Assembly (NCBI GenBank): GCA_000934665.2
Contig: KZ539046.1
Location: 1-64,000, forward strand
Source of the DNA: Catajapyx aquilonaris
Taxonomy: Eukaryota
DNA: 64,000 bases
Reading direction: 5' to 3'
Shown here: piece after piece, positions 11,552 through 25,273 of the stretch
Numbering within the stretch: the first letter of the stretch is position 1
Layout: each line of letters opens with the position of its first letter
Made by a program: the position numbers and the translations under genes
The notes under the pieces: model-generated
Seen by the model: the letters and a program-made list of their open reading frames with translations, nothing else
Told to the model about the DNA's origin: nothing
Databases searched by the model: none

Positions 11552-12250
11552 ATGGCTCCGTTGACCCCGGCTGACCTGGGGAGCGCATTGGAGACCTTAA
11601 AAAGGACCTAAGGGCGGAGATCGGACAGGACATAGTGAAATGTACTTCCACCTCACAGCAAAATGGGAGGCAAGTTTCTCAACGCTCAAGGACGAATTTT
11701 TTGTGGAGCGAACGGTGATCAACGAGCTGAAGGTAGAATACGTATCTCCAGACGGAGGTTGAGTACCTCCAACACCGCATGGTTTAGTTAGAGAACCAAT
11801 CACGCAGATGTAACCTTGTCTTCTGTGGCCTAAAAGATGTGCAGGGAGAGTCATGGGAGGACACTGAGAACAAAGTCCGATCGATGATTGGTGACTACAA
11901 GCTTCACCCTAATCCAGGAAGTATCGAGTTTCAACGGAAATAGGGCGATCAAGCCGATCATAGCTTTATTCCTGAGATTCAATGATAAGGGGGAAATACT
12001 GTACAACGCTCGGAAACTATATACGTGGGTCAGGCCCATGGTCATAGAACACTAAGGCCTGGACACTCCCACCCACCCCCTGCCGGGGCGTTTTGCAAGA
12101 GGCGCTCTCAGGTGAGCACCTCCTGCAAAACGCCCCGGCAGGTGATAAGATCAGAAGGTAGAGGTAGTGTCCGGGGGCTGGTCAGGCCTAAGCGTCAGTG
12201 AAGATTTCGCCCAGGAAACGAGGGAAGAAAGGCGCATTTGATGGAAGCAA
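11552..12250 (+). mobile_element. Decayed LINE ORF1p (L1/L2/CR1-type coiled-coil plus RRM) fragment
   Basis: ..LENQSRRCNLVFCGLKDVQGESWEDTENKV..IEFQR..KPIIALFLRFNDKGEILYNARKL..RGSGLSVSEDFAQETREERR, with stops and frameshifts; matches the ENRSRRNNL/PIIV.F/SEDF pattern of ORF1p. Confidence 0.75.
12037..12180. mobile_element. Small hairpin-containing insertion with an 8-bp TSD inside the LINE ORF1 (hAT-like)
   Basis: GTCAGGCC duplicated at 12029-12036 and 12181-12188; CA...TG ends; internal stem CCTGCCGGGGCGTTTTGCA/TGCAAAACGCCCCGGCAGG. Removing it restores RGSGLSVSEDF. Confidence 0.7.
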
Positions 12251-13052
12251 AAAATAATAGACTATATTTTATTTTTTATCCTACATCTAATTCCTCTAAA
12301 ATCTAAATAAATAGGAAATAATAAAAAGGGACTTCTGTTACTGCAACCTGCGACTGACATGATGTTGTGAATCACAGCTTCCATTGCAAATGACGCTTTC
12401 CACATTTCCAGCATTTATGTACAAAGGATGACACTATTCAACAACATTTTTACATCAGGGTCATGCCCATCAGAATCTACGCCTGGCATGGCATTTAAAC
12501 TATGGGTTAGAAGTAAGTTCACTACCCTTCAAATAGATTTCCCCTGATGCAGCAGGATCTCAGGCATCTCACAGGTGGCTGTCATGTTGGCAGCATGCAC
12601 AATAGTGACTTGTTTCGCGAGGTGCCATATGAAGATGTTAATCCGGTTTCTTATATTAATAAATAGAAAGCACCACTGTGCCCCGCTCTCCCTTACTTCT
12701 CGCGAAGTGTCAAAAAGCCGCATTAACTTATTTCTCGCAAAGTCCGACGATTTCAGCAAATTCATCTGGCATTATGGTTCTCAAGGTGGTTGTTCCGTAT
12801 ATTTTAGCGTACTTCATAATGATATGAGCCTAACAGTTGGCCGGTAGTACTCGAATTTCCAGTTTTTAAGGCGGTCGTTTTGGAAATTAATTTAGGGACT
12901 TCTAGAGGAGTAAAATTGTTCGCAACCCATTAATAGTGTTTGCCATGAATGGGTAAATATAGCTGTTATTATTTGTAAAATATCTTGTCATTATCTTCAT
13001 AGTAGGTGCAAGCTAAAATCTAGGTATTTTCGTCCTGGCTGGTAGCGAAGGG

Positions 13053-13055
<3 letters not shown>

Positions 13056-13099
<44 letters not shown>

Positions 13100-13141
13100 C
13101 AACAACAACAACAACAGCAACAGCAACAACAACAACAACAA
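13056..13141. repeat. Compound (AAT)n(AAC)n microsatellite
   Basis: Direct reading; begins at a GGG-TTAA piggyBac-like end. Confidence 0.95.
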
Positions 13142-14834
13142 GAATGAGGCTGTGATCGAATATTCCATGATGGCCCATAACCAACCTCTCACGGCGCGCT
13201 TGTTATGGATGTCTTCATAACCTAGTCACCAGTGTGCTAATTCATCCCTCAAAAGAACTGCATGTACCCAGTCGTTTTTGTCTTAACTCCAGAAAGTTGG
13301 AGAGGAGATAATTGAGTATAAATCGGGATAAATTGGGCAGTACAACTCGATAGAAACTTATTGTTGTGGATTATTTTTCACCCTGTACTTACAATTAGTT
13401 CTCGCACATTTGGATCTTGTATTTATTTTTCTCCCGTTCTGTATGAAATGTATGAAGCAAATGTTTCAGTTGTTATCCAGCTTTCTGGAGCATGATCCAG
13501 CTTGTGGTTCCAAGTAGCGGACCCCGTTCGTAACCAAGTTATGCATTTGGGAAGGGCCATTCAATCTGGCACGCCGGTGTCAAGCTCTGCACCCCGGGGC
13601 CTGGCCAATCTCGATCCCAGCGGGGGGACGGGGAAACAGGGCAAGCAGGGGGTCACACGCCAAAAACATGGAGGGGGGCAGAGAGGGAAGGGGTGCCAGG
13701 GAGGGAAAATCAGCCGCTTCTCAGCCTGCCTAATCAGCCAGCTTCCTCCTTCATTTGCCTTTTCTTCGCCGAGGAACTGCGATGCTGGACTACGCTTACT
13801 GTATATGTTTGCATCGAAACCAAGTTATATATACAGTAAATTTTGCACTCACATCATGTACACCGATTCCGATTTTTGTGGTTATTGTTAAAGGAGGATT
13901 AAATCAATATTCCTCTGGCTTATAGCAAATCGGTTGAGAAAGAATTAATTGTTTGCCCAAGATTTATAATTTTGGAGGCTATCAGTAACACTGGAGAAAT
14001 CATCTTTACAGCCAGCAAAGGACGGAACCGTTTGAAAACGTATATAGAGGTATAGTGAAATAGTTGTCAGAAATGCAACCTTGATGATTCTAAATACAAT
14101 ATATTTAAACGGATTTTCTGATATTTTTAAAAAAAAGTTAGAATATAGGCTACTCCATAGCTTTTCTGGAATCAGACTTTTAAAAGGCAAATCAGTTAAC
14201 ATAATAGGGACACTGGGACACTATCCTTTTAGTTCATGTACAGTGTGAAGACGTTTGGGAAATGTTAGAAAGTTTTTAGGCGATCATTTTAAGTATATAA
14301 TATGCATCATGGGTCTCCGCCGCATAGTTACCGAGATAATTAGCATAAAATAAAAAGTGCATTTTAGCATCTTCTATGTCGCGGATACAAATTACGACAC
14401 TGCCATCGCCTAGGCCATTCCCTGCTACACCTAAGAGGATCGTAAATTTAAATTAAATTACATGGTAACACCTTAAATTTAAATGAAAAAGGTAAGGTCG
14501 CGTGGAGGGACGCATACGTGCCAGGATATTTTATACCTTGTGTTTGAAGCACATTATCTCGATAACTATGTTGCGGACACCCATGATGCCTATACTTTAA
14601 AATATTCCAGGTGTCACAGATTTATTTACATGGCTTGGCCATGTTTCGTGGCGAGTACGTACGGTTGCGTTCATCTTCTTAAGTGTTACCGCATAATATT
14701 CTATTAAAATTCTATGTCGGGCGAAGTATATACAATATGTTACCGGTAACTCTGGCAAAAATCACAGTGTCGATATGCAAGTATTTAGAGCTTAGTTATA
14801 TACCCATGTCTGGAAATGCCCCCGTACGGGGCGG

Positions 14835-15048
14835 GGGTACGGCCGTTTCCACCTTTGGTCTGTTACGACTGGTGGGTAGGCAACCCATCGTACTCGAAGA
14901 TTGCGTTCACAGGTGTCTCGGCGTGTGCCGCAATTGTTTTCACCTTCGCCTCCTCCACATGCGACACATCTGATGAACACAAGCTTCAAGTACGATGGGT
15001 TGCCTACCCACCAGGCGCAACAGACCAAAGGTGGAAACGGCCGTACCC
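14835..15048. mobile_element. Palindromic MITE (GGG...CCC termini)
   Basis: GGGTACGGCCGTTTCCACCTTTGGTCTGTT / AACAGACCAAAGGTGGAAACGGCCGTACCC, about 90-bp arms; nested between GTTACCGGTAAC motifs of an older element ending ...AACACCCTG. Confidence 0.85.
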
Positions 15049-17365
15049 AGAGTTACCGGTAACACCCTGGTACTGAGCCTGCGTTTGAAACCCACCACTT
15101 CATGATTTCAGTAACGACGCTTTAGCCTCCTAAGACCTGGTGTCGACATATGTCGACATCAGCAAAAAAAAAAAAAAATTGGCGCCAACTAGTGATGCCA
15201 ACAGAACTGTAATCTGTTGGTATCCCATGATTACAATCTGGCCTCAGTAGGTGTAGCCACCTAGTGTCGAATATCTGACTTTGACCGCGGAAATTAAATC
15301 ACTTACGAAAATGGCGGATTCCTCTGCTGAAGCCAGGCGCTCATCTGATCAGTTTTATTTTTTTACTCATAATTAGAGTGCGATTTTCGTCAATGCAGAA
15401 TGTCCTGGGATTCGCAAGGAATTCGTATGATGAGCATGATGAGCATGAACTACCTGCCGAAGTCATTCCCCGAAGATGCGATACCAATCAGTTTAGAAAC
15501 CAAAACTATAGACACTTATAACATTATACAGTATGAACCTACTTCTTGCTAAACACCCTTCAATATACTTAGGATATGATGTACAATATTTGTGACTGAC
15601 TAACGAGAGCCATATGTGACGACTCACAAAATACCGATCGTACATCTGCCACCATAATCTGTGCTCTCGTAACATGTCGTGAAGTACAACTGAGTATGAT
15701 AAATGACTGACCGAGGTCCCTCAGAAGCAGATTATACGAGGCTCTTAAAGAGTGTGGGGTGCGAGGTCAATTATTCGTCAGCGAATCGACGAAAGAAAGG
15801 GAGGGGTGGGGGATAAAATGACAAATTCTGAATGTCCGCATGGTGGGGACTGATGGCAAAGGGAGCGAGACAAGAAGAGGGAGAAGAGACATTTTGCTAT
15901 CGATCCATCCTACAATTCAGATGATCGTTCTGCTACCCCCGAAAACCGAGGAGCAACAGATTGGTTTCCTTCCGAGTAGTTCCGTAATGGTTTCTCTTCA
16001 CTCTCGTTCTTTTTGGGGTATAGAAATATGTTTCACTTTGCCAAGCAGAGTAATTTTGGTTATATGAGGATGTATAGCATCCAAACGGCAACGTCCCGTG
16101 TCGTATCTCTTCGTCGTAAAAATAGCGAACCGGTTCAAAATGACACAACCGAGAATGTGACAGCATACAACCAGCTCCCCCCGTTGCCTCCCGCCTCTCC
16201 CCACCCTTTTAATAATGAAGTAAAATCACGGATCTTTGGCCCCGTCCATTGGGGGAGCCCGGAAACACAAAACATTGGCCGCTCGGATAATTTGATTAAT
16301 ATGGAGATTATTTATACATTCATAATTATCCCCGAGATAGCGTGGGTGCATATCCATATTAAAAGCTCCCCCTACCCCCCATTCCCCACCACCATACCCC
16401 ATCCCCGGGTCCGGAGTACAACCAAAGCACTTTGACCAATTTAATTATGTAAAAGAGAAAGCTTTGGAGCCGCATCGGGGACTGGCATTTTCTAACCGGG
16501 AAAATTGCAACTCTCGCCTTTTGCAGCACTTTCAGCTCTCCCAACCCCTCTCTGCTATACCACCAGCCTTACACTACCCCGCCCACGAGCCTGCACACAT
16601 ACTCTACGTTAGCTCCATCCCCATAATTCATGTCTTAAGGAGGGGGTGGAAAAGAGCAGCCATTTCCAACTGGAATGTATCTCTTCCCGGTTCCTCTAAT
16701 CGAGAGGAATAAATCATTTGTGCTGACATGGCCGGTCTTCTGCTAAGGTTGTGGTGGGAGTGGTAGGTGGAGGAGTGGTGGAGTGGGGCAGGCCAAATTT
16801 AAAGCCCATTCAAGAGTAGCGTCCTAATGTGGTTAAGTTGGGAAGGCCATTGTGGGTAGACCCCTCTTTTTTTTAAGAAAAAAAAAGCCATTGCTTTTAA
16901 TCGGTCCGAAACGACTTCAATGAGTAATTTCCGCGACGTCAAGACGATCCGACATATTTAAGTATGAAGGGGGGGATCTTTTGTAATCAGGAGCAGCCTA
17001 GCATGCAGAGTGCTCTATTTACGGGCAAAAATGGGATCCTCATTTTAACTCGCCTTTTTTTTTCTTCTTCGTCGTCCCTTCTTCTATCCCCCGGCAGCCG
17101 TTGCTCCCGTTGAGATAATGTAATGAGGGAAACTCATTCGGGTTGTCAGATCATCGCTCACCCATTTTGAGCAGCTTCCCCGCAAAGAAGCGGAATTATT
17201 GTGCTTAATGGTGGAGCCCACCACCCACTGTTTGCACTTTGTTGGGGCTTTTGCAATAATTCCAAACATTTTGTGTCCTAAACGCGTGTTGATCCTGTGA
17301 AGTAGGCAACCCTTCGGGCTTAGTTGCTGCATACTTGTCTCCCGAATTCATTGTACTTGTATATA

Positions 17366-17511
17366 CTATCGTGTTCAAATACTTTTGGCCACTGTATCCT
17401 GGTCTTGAAGCAACCCTTCACACACACACACACACCTCCTTAACGTGGGGTCTGTGCGAAGGGTTGCTTCAAGACCAGGATAAAGTGGCCAAAAGTATTT
17501 GAACCCGATAG
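17366..17511. mobile_element. TA-flanked MITE family X, copy 1 (internal CA repeat)
   Basis: TA|CTATCGTGTTCAAATACTTTTGGCCAC...GTGGCCAAAAGTATTTGAACCCGATAG|TA. Confidence 0.9.
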
Positions 17512-19414
17512 TACTTCTCAGTTCTTTTAGTTGCATGGTGGATTAAATAATACTGGTTTGTTAAGAGTCATTTGTGCTAATGCAGTCGTGGTATAATCTC
17601 GAGCATCATTAGCTGCAAGCGCACTAATGCCTGGTTTCCCCAACCTTTTAACAGTGTAAGTGCCATATCTAACAAACTAACCTAATTGTCCGTTAAAATG
17701 TTTAGAAACTGCGTCTAAGATTAAAAGAACGGAAGTAAACTGAGTTATTGGCATAAAGATAATTTTTGCGTTAGTGGATTTTGCATACATTTTTTGACGA
17801 TAATATTGCTGTCATAACAAGCAAACCCAATTTCACAGGTTTTAATTATGTACCGGTACGTTACTTATTTACGTAAAATGTGCAATTCTCACATTCTTGT
17901 CCCCTGGGCTCTTGGAAAGAAAATGTGTACTCGGTTTTATGCTTTACCTTTACTTTACCTCGTGTAACATACTGCAAATGAACCCACAATAGCACATCTC
18001 TGTCAGAATGTTGCTGTCGTTGGCCAAGGCTCCTTACAGTGAGCATCATGCTGGTTTCAGGTCACGAACTCACAACAGCGAGGGATGACTTGATTAGCGT
18101 GTTTCTCACAACAACGGTGCTCCATAATTATTGTGCCGTTCTTGATGGTTCCATTCACCCTGTGCTAGGACCCAACCGAATTCCCAACCAGAAACAATCG
18201 GCAATATACGCACACGATAATTACCGACTTTGCACGCCCCACTCCAGTCGGCTGGAGTTGGGGTCGAAACGTAGCTTGTGGCCACTCTTGAAGCCAGCAC
18301 CTTATCACGTTTAGTGTCTTTATTAAGGGCTCCCCATGCATATTCATGCCCTGCTAGGAGATGGGGGGGCCGCCCTTTTCAAGTTGCCCGGCTCTTTTCT
18401 TGGCTTCAGGTGCCGACATCTTCGCCAGCCCTGGTTTGGTCACTCGGAAAAGCTAGCATCCCCCAGTCCACAACCACTGAAATACCAGCGATTTACTAAT
18501 CGTGGGCCATTGTTCCATCCACGAGGTCCCTCCGGGCGGGGCCTTAGTTGTGATGCAAATGGGATTCCCAGGCTCCATCCCTTCCAATTGATTTTGAATA
18601 TGAAAATGCCATCCATGCTCATTAAGCGGCTTCCTCTCAGCGCCTCACCTCTCAACACACCCCTAGATACGTCGCTTTTTCATTGGCCACGAGGCTCCCC
18701 TTTTTTGGAGCCCTCTAGAGGATTCGGTTATTCCCAACCCACGCTTTCCACTTTACCACTTTCATGCCGCCTAGGCTTATTGAGCATGCGCTAGGGAGTT
18801 GGTGGATGACTCTTTCCACACTAGCTCGGGAGGGATGGCAACCTGTAATTAGCCCAGGAGGTCAGGTGTGAAAGGTGCACTGCATGTATTTATGGGGAGG
18901 ATTTGTCAGTCGATGATTACGCCTCCAATTGAATTTGAGAAGTCAGATCGCTCGCCTCCTTTGTGACGAGAAGACATGCGCAATTTATGTGACTCTAATT
19001 AGTGCAGTTCTTGAGCGTACTTCTTGACACGTGTTCACTAAAATGGCGGTTAGAAAGTTTTGGTTTAGTTGACACATCATATTCTAAAATTCACGTTGTA
19101 TATGCCTCGGGATATTATTGTAAGTAAATATAGGGTTGAGAAAATTGTGGGGCTTGTTGTGGCTGCACTAATTTTCTGACAGCTGTGAGCACTATTAGGA
19201 GAATGTGCACCATTTCAATGGGGTAACATTGTCCAGTATATCCAGTACTGTATATTCCAAATGTAATCATCTGACAAAAAAGTTTTGGCCAGACGTATCC
19301 TGATTCTATACAACCATCAGCATTCTAGCACTTTAAAAACTGTGAGAGAGAATAATCTTAATGCTGATTGGTTGCATAAGATTCCACTAGCCAAAGCTTT
19401 TTTGACAGCTAATA

Positions 19415-19452
<38 letters not shown>

Positions 19453-19524
19453 AAAACCGCCAAGCCTAATTATCCCGACGCTATACAATCATCAGGAGTT
19501 CACATGGAGTGGAAGGCCTGGTAG

Positions 19525-19990
19525 AGATTCTGATGAGCAACAAAAGGCAAAATGGCAAGGATGTATGGCTCAAGAGACTGCAAAAGGAAAAGTCGGGAAA
19601 TGTTTGGTTGGGAAGTGTTTGGGGGCTCAATGATGTTTGCTGACGATATGGTAGCGGTGGTGGAGGATCCAGAGATAACTAAGAGTTATGATCAAGCAGG
19701 TGGCGCATTATTTGGGAGAAAATTCCTTAGCCCTAACTTCTAATAAATTAAAATAATGGCATTCAGAAATGGGGGAAGGATGTCAAAGAAAGATGAGTTG
19801 TATTGGTCTGTGGAGCAGAAAAAAGGTGGTTAGTAAATCCTATACATATCTGGGTCATTGGTTTCATCAAATAGGAGGGGGGAGGGTGTTTTTGAATATT
19901 TGAAATTTCAAAGGCGAGATGCTAACTGAGAGTGCCCAAGAATTCGTGAAACGGCTTGGACTTGCAGTAACACTCCAAAGTATACAGTAT
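19525..19990 (+). mobile_element. Degenerate non-LTR retrotransposon reverse transcriptase fragment
   Basis: MFADDMV (YADD-like), KIMAFRNGGRMSKKDELYW and YTYLGHWF in the expected order, with frameshifts. Confidence 0.7.
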
Positions 19991-21756
19991 TGTCTTAAAT
20001 GGAGCATTCGGTGCAGAAACATGCGTACACTACAGTACAACATGTAATGTATAGTAGGCTACTGTACTACACATACATACAGGTCTGAGAAAGATGGACT
20101 GAAATACGTAAATAGGCTACCACTATATTGGTTTGAGAGCTGTAGATACCTGTTATGGTACTAAAATCAGAACTGCATGACAAGGTGAATTACTTTAAAA
20201 GTGTATATTGTGAAATTCCTCTAGGGGTATGCAAAATTGAGATATGGCACCTCCTAAGGTGTTTTAAAGGCTGCGGGACCGATTTCTACGCAGCTCCTGG
20301 CCCTGCAACCAACGCTGCAGGTATGCATGGGGGTATCCATACTTTTCAGGATAGACAACTTCCATTTCAGCGGTTGCCATCTCCAAGATCTCCAGGACAT
20401 TTTATTTATATTTATATTATTTATTTATACCACATGCATCATTTTGAAAGATGAATTCATGAACACCCTGTATAAAGAGCATATTTCCATTTTGGCCTGT
20501 GAATGGTTGGCTCTTCATATATTTTAACCAGTATTCTCCTATAAGGTCACTTGACAGCATAATATTTCTTATTTAATTTTGGCATTTAACATGATACCTT
20601 TTTGGACAACATTATTCAGATTACAAAATGTGCTGTATTTTATAGCACCCTAACCACCAGATCGCTGATGTCTATTTAATTGACGCATACGTGTATTTTT
20701 TAAGCCTGTACGACCTCTTTCATTGCCTGAAGTTCACGGAAAATCGCAACTTTTGGACTACCTGTACTCAGGTGTCACATCTCATGCTCAACCTGGTAGC
20801 CTTGGGGCTTGTCTCCTTTTTTTGTCGTGTCCCTTGAATTAAAGGTGTTCGTGTAAAAGGGGCGCATAGCAATGATGTAGACTTCAGAGGGGAAGCCGTA
20901 CAAAATGCGGAAGCACGCTGGGCTGGCTGCCTTTTGGGTTTTCGGCGTAGTCTCCTTTGTTGCACGGCCGAGGAAGACAAAGAGCTAGCCTATATACTGG
21001 AGGAGTCGCGCCTCACCTCGCACCTCCGCGCCTCACCTCGCACCTCCGCACCTCTCTCTGCACCCAGTCATGCCAAATCTTATCAATATATGTTGGAATT
21101 AATAATAAATAGTGACGAGTAATTTGGTTGTGGTAAGGTGTTTTGGAGGTTGTGGTAGCCTTGCGCCCCATTTGTTGAAATTGATAAATGGCAATACCTA
21201 CTGTTCCAGTGGCATTGACTCAAGGGACATTTTTTTTGCAATTCTAGCTTTCACTTCCTATAAAGTTGGCAGTGTCATGCATCATTTACACCAAATCATG
21301 GTCAACTCAGCAAAATAAAGAGATCCAGATTCCTATTTTATTTTCTTCCTAGCTGTAGAGTCACATATGCATTACAACCATATTTATGCAGTTTATTCCT
21401 TCAGACATTGAAAATATACAATTAATATGACGACCGTTAAAATCACAAGCAATAATTACTGTTCAATCTCACACTATACTGTATATACCCTCTGAATCAT
21501 CCTGTATCTTCAAAAACCAATGTTAGTATTAAATCACGTCCTAATTATCAGTGACACAGCACACTAATCATAATTAGACAATGGGCGTGACCTACAGTAT
21601 GACAGTTCGTTACATATAACTCTGAGTCATCTGGTGCTTGCCGGACACTCCGAGGTGGTCGCAGTAAAGAGGGGGATTCGAATATATATTTTTTTCTGTC
21701 CCCTATACACCCCCTCCACAATCGAGAAAACTTGTAATGGAGAGGAGTTTGATATA

Positions 21757-21758
<2 letters not shown>

Positions 21759-21794
<36 letters not shown>

Positions 21795-21859
21795 NNNNNN
21801 NNNNNNNNNNNNNNNNNNNNNNNNNNNNNNNNNNNNNNNNNNNNNNNNNNNNNNNNNNN
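21759..21859. other. (CT)n microsatellite followed by an assembly gap (N run 21795-21859)
   Basis: Direct reading. Confidence 0.95.
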
Positions 21860-24800
21860 GGGGGGATATGGGGGGGGGGTCTATTGATCGAAGAGGCTTA
21901 TTGAGGGCTTAGGGCAAAGTGGCTTCTCCCCATCTCCCCCTGTTCTTCCCCTGAACCACCACCCTTCCTCCGAGAGCAGCGTTTCGGTGCGAAGGAGTTT
22001 GGTAGGCCCGGTTCATCATTTTGTTCCGACGCATCTCATGCCTCATTTATCAGTGTGATGAGGCATGATGAGGGGGAGGAGGGGGGGTGAGGAATGGGGC
22101 GTGGGGGGTAAGGGATGATTTTTAGCGAAGGATGCAGGGCTATGGAATGCAAGGGAAAAGGCAGGATTCGGCTTCTTGAAGTGGAAAAGGGGGACAAGTT
22201 GGTGATTTGTAGGCGGTAGGAAGAGCTGAGAAGGGGCATTAAGTTAGGTGGTCATTCGAACTTTTTTTCGTCACGTTTTCTTTTTTTTTTATCTGGTTCT
22301 TTCGAGGGGATAGGGTGGATAGGGTGGTGGATCTGGGAAGGTGAAGGGTCGGGCCCGAATTATGTCGCTTCAACTTGTCACATCCTGTCACGCATCGGTG
22401 CTTTGCTAGAACGGTGTCTGAAAGAGTCATGGCCGAATGAAATGTGAAACGGCCCGCAGTATTACCTGTTTTTGTTTTTATTAATTTTTTTGGTGAATAG
22501 TTGAAATAATGAAAACGTGACGATTTTGTGAGAGCGGTTCTGTGGTTTATGCTGTGATATAGGGGTAGAAAGACATTGTACGGTACCTTACCTGCTACTC
22601 AAGCTGATTCCGCTATCATTCCTTCTATATTATTCCTGCACATAATCATATCCACGAAGTCACAATTATTAATTAGTAAAATATACGCCGTATAAAGGGT
22701 GCCCCAGGAAGAACTATGCTATTTAGCTGTTTTTAACAGCCAGAAAGTAGTACGCTACTTGTGCGATTCTGCCTGATCCAATTTTGTGGCCAATAAAAAT
22801 ATGGCGACTCCGGATTTTCCATCTCGTAATGTGTCAAAATTCAGGCTGAATTTACATATTTCCGACTTAATTTTTCCGTCAATAGTGCTGACGCCCATGA
22901 GGCTTTTTAACTAGTACTTTAAACATCAGGAAAACTATACTTACTGTTAGACATGCAGTATAGAGAGTTGTTGAAAAAGCCAGTGTAATCTTTTTGCAGG
23001 TTTTACGATATCGGGAAACTCAGGCGCGAAGAGGCGTTATTTTCAACTACTAAAAGTAACCTATGTTTCTTGCTAATTGAAAAACTGCTGATTAGCGTAA
23101 CTTCTGTAAGTAGTGTACCTTTGTTCTTGGACTACCCGTCTGATGTAGTCCTATATTATCCCTAATGAGTTTAACACCATGGCATCAATTTGTTTTGAAT
23201 ATTCCTATGCAACTACACTATATAAGATGAAATGCTACTTGAAGTGGTCAGATGTTAAATTGAAAGGTTAGGTCACTTACCATAGCCATTCAAGACAGTG
23301 ATCCAATAGTAACTATGTGGGAGACAGTCAAAACTCCGGATGAATCTTTAAAGCCAGCGGTGAATGTATAGGGAGGGGTACCATATGGCAAAGCTAATCG
23401 TAAATAGGAGCGCCTGCCTTTTGGACTGAGAATAGCATGTGTGTTAAGACGAATGACGTCAATTTCCTACGTGACATCTTTTCCTGAGACTGACATGGGG
23501 GAGGAGGAAAAAATAAGCGGAGAATTAGAAAACAAGAAAAGGACAGGGGTAAGAAGAAATTAAACATCCCTGTAAGTTGGGGTGTCTCTCAAGTGTCAGT
23601 TTCTGTCACACTGTCACCGTAACAAGGTGCAGATACTTTTCGGCCTGTCTAACCTGACAAATGACCTGGTTAATTGGGGATCATACCGTACACAGTAGAA
23701 CATTAGAAAACGTGTTTAAAAAATACAACACGGTATTAGTCCGCAAGTGAGGATGACATTACTAAATAATTATAAGTTACAATCCTAGCAGAATTGTTTA
23801 ATACTTTTAACAAGTAACAACTTGCATTGAAGTATCTCAAAATATAAAAATTACCACTATTATAAGTAAATTATTTCAATCAATGCTGTAATACAGTATA
23901 TTAACACGAGATAATTGACATGTACAGCCTAAATATGAATATCCCATTATGAAACTAAACATTTTGAAACAGATGAGTGGTTTTCCAGGCGTCGCAAGGG
24001 ATAGGGGAGTGATAACATTGTGAAACAGGGCAGGCAGTGTGCATCGTGCAAATTTCTGGTCACGCCCTTATAATGCATAATGCAAGAAAAATGCGTGTGC
24101 TCTTGGAGGGGGAAGCTCTGTGTGCGAATTTACTGTTGACAGACAATAATAACGTCAGTTTGATATATCATTATCATTTCCTCTGGAGAGGAAATGGGGG
24201 AGAAACACTGGAATTGTCCTCCCCCTCTATCACCTTTTCCTGTCTTTCATCTGCCAGTGGCCAGCTGAATCATTTTCGCTGGATAGTATTTTAGTTGCGC
24301 TTGAGTTATTATCGCAAACAAGTGCCACATTCTCAGATGTTCAATATCACACCTGTCACGGAACTCGGGAGAGTTATAGCAGAAATACTATCAAGACCTA
24401 CAGAGGAGATATCGACCCTTTCTAATCGCTACTTAGGAGAGGGAAGGCGAATATATAGGGATATAATGTGATGGCCAAACAGCCCTGTGTGTCATTCAGG
24501 CTTTGATATCACGGGATCGGAGCATCGAATCAATCTCCGGCTCGGATCTTCTCAACCTGGAGCGTTTCCACGATAGTCAAGATTGGCTGTATTATGCAGA
24601 GTGACAGTGACTAATAGGCCATAACTGTATCGGGTCTCTATCGCCGACATGTAGGGGGGATTCTGAGAGGAGTTGACGAGTTGATTATATAAGTTTTTCT
24701 GCGGGAAATTACAAATGGAGGAGTGTGTATTGGCTTCACAATCCTTATGAACATGATGGGGTAGCGAGGAATGAAGAAGTTTTATTTGAAAAGGGTTATT

Positions 24801-25273
24801 TTTTTCAAATAATGATTTTTAAAACCAATGTTATCGTATCACATTTTAATTTTAAGAATGGTAATTTCCTATTCCAATGACTATATTTTTAAATATTTAC
24901 TTCTCCAGAACGTGCTACACTCGTACAAAATTAATATTATACAGTAAAATATGTCGAAAGAAAAGTAATTTAATCCAAATGTTTCTAAAATGTATTGGCT
25001 GTTATCATTTTCGGTGACTATAGGGAGGCGTATATTAGGGCTATCTATTCAACATTAGTAATAATAACAATCGTATTATGAAGTATTTATTGGAAAACAA
25101 CATCGACTTTAACCATCGCATCGTTGTAAATATTGATATCCTCATCACATGGAAATGATAAAAATATGACGGTTCCTGATGTGAAATTTTTTCTCGAATT
25201 TCCTTGCACAATCATGTACAGTATCTTCCTACAATATCCACTCTCAGGAAAGTTTAGAATATTTGTAACGTTA

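Noticed and set aside
21008..21052. 20-bp direct tandem duplication CGCGCCTCACCTCGCACCTC
   Set aside because: A simple local slippage duplication with no further structure.
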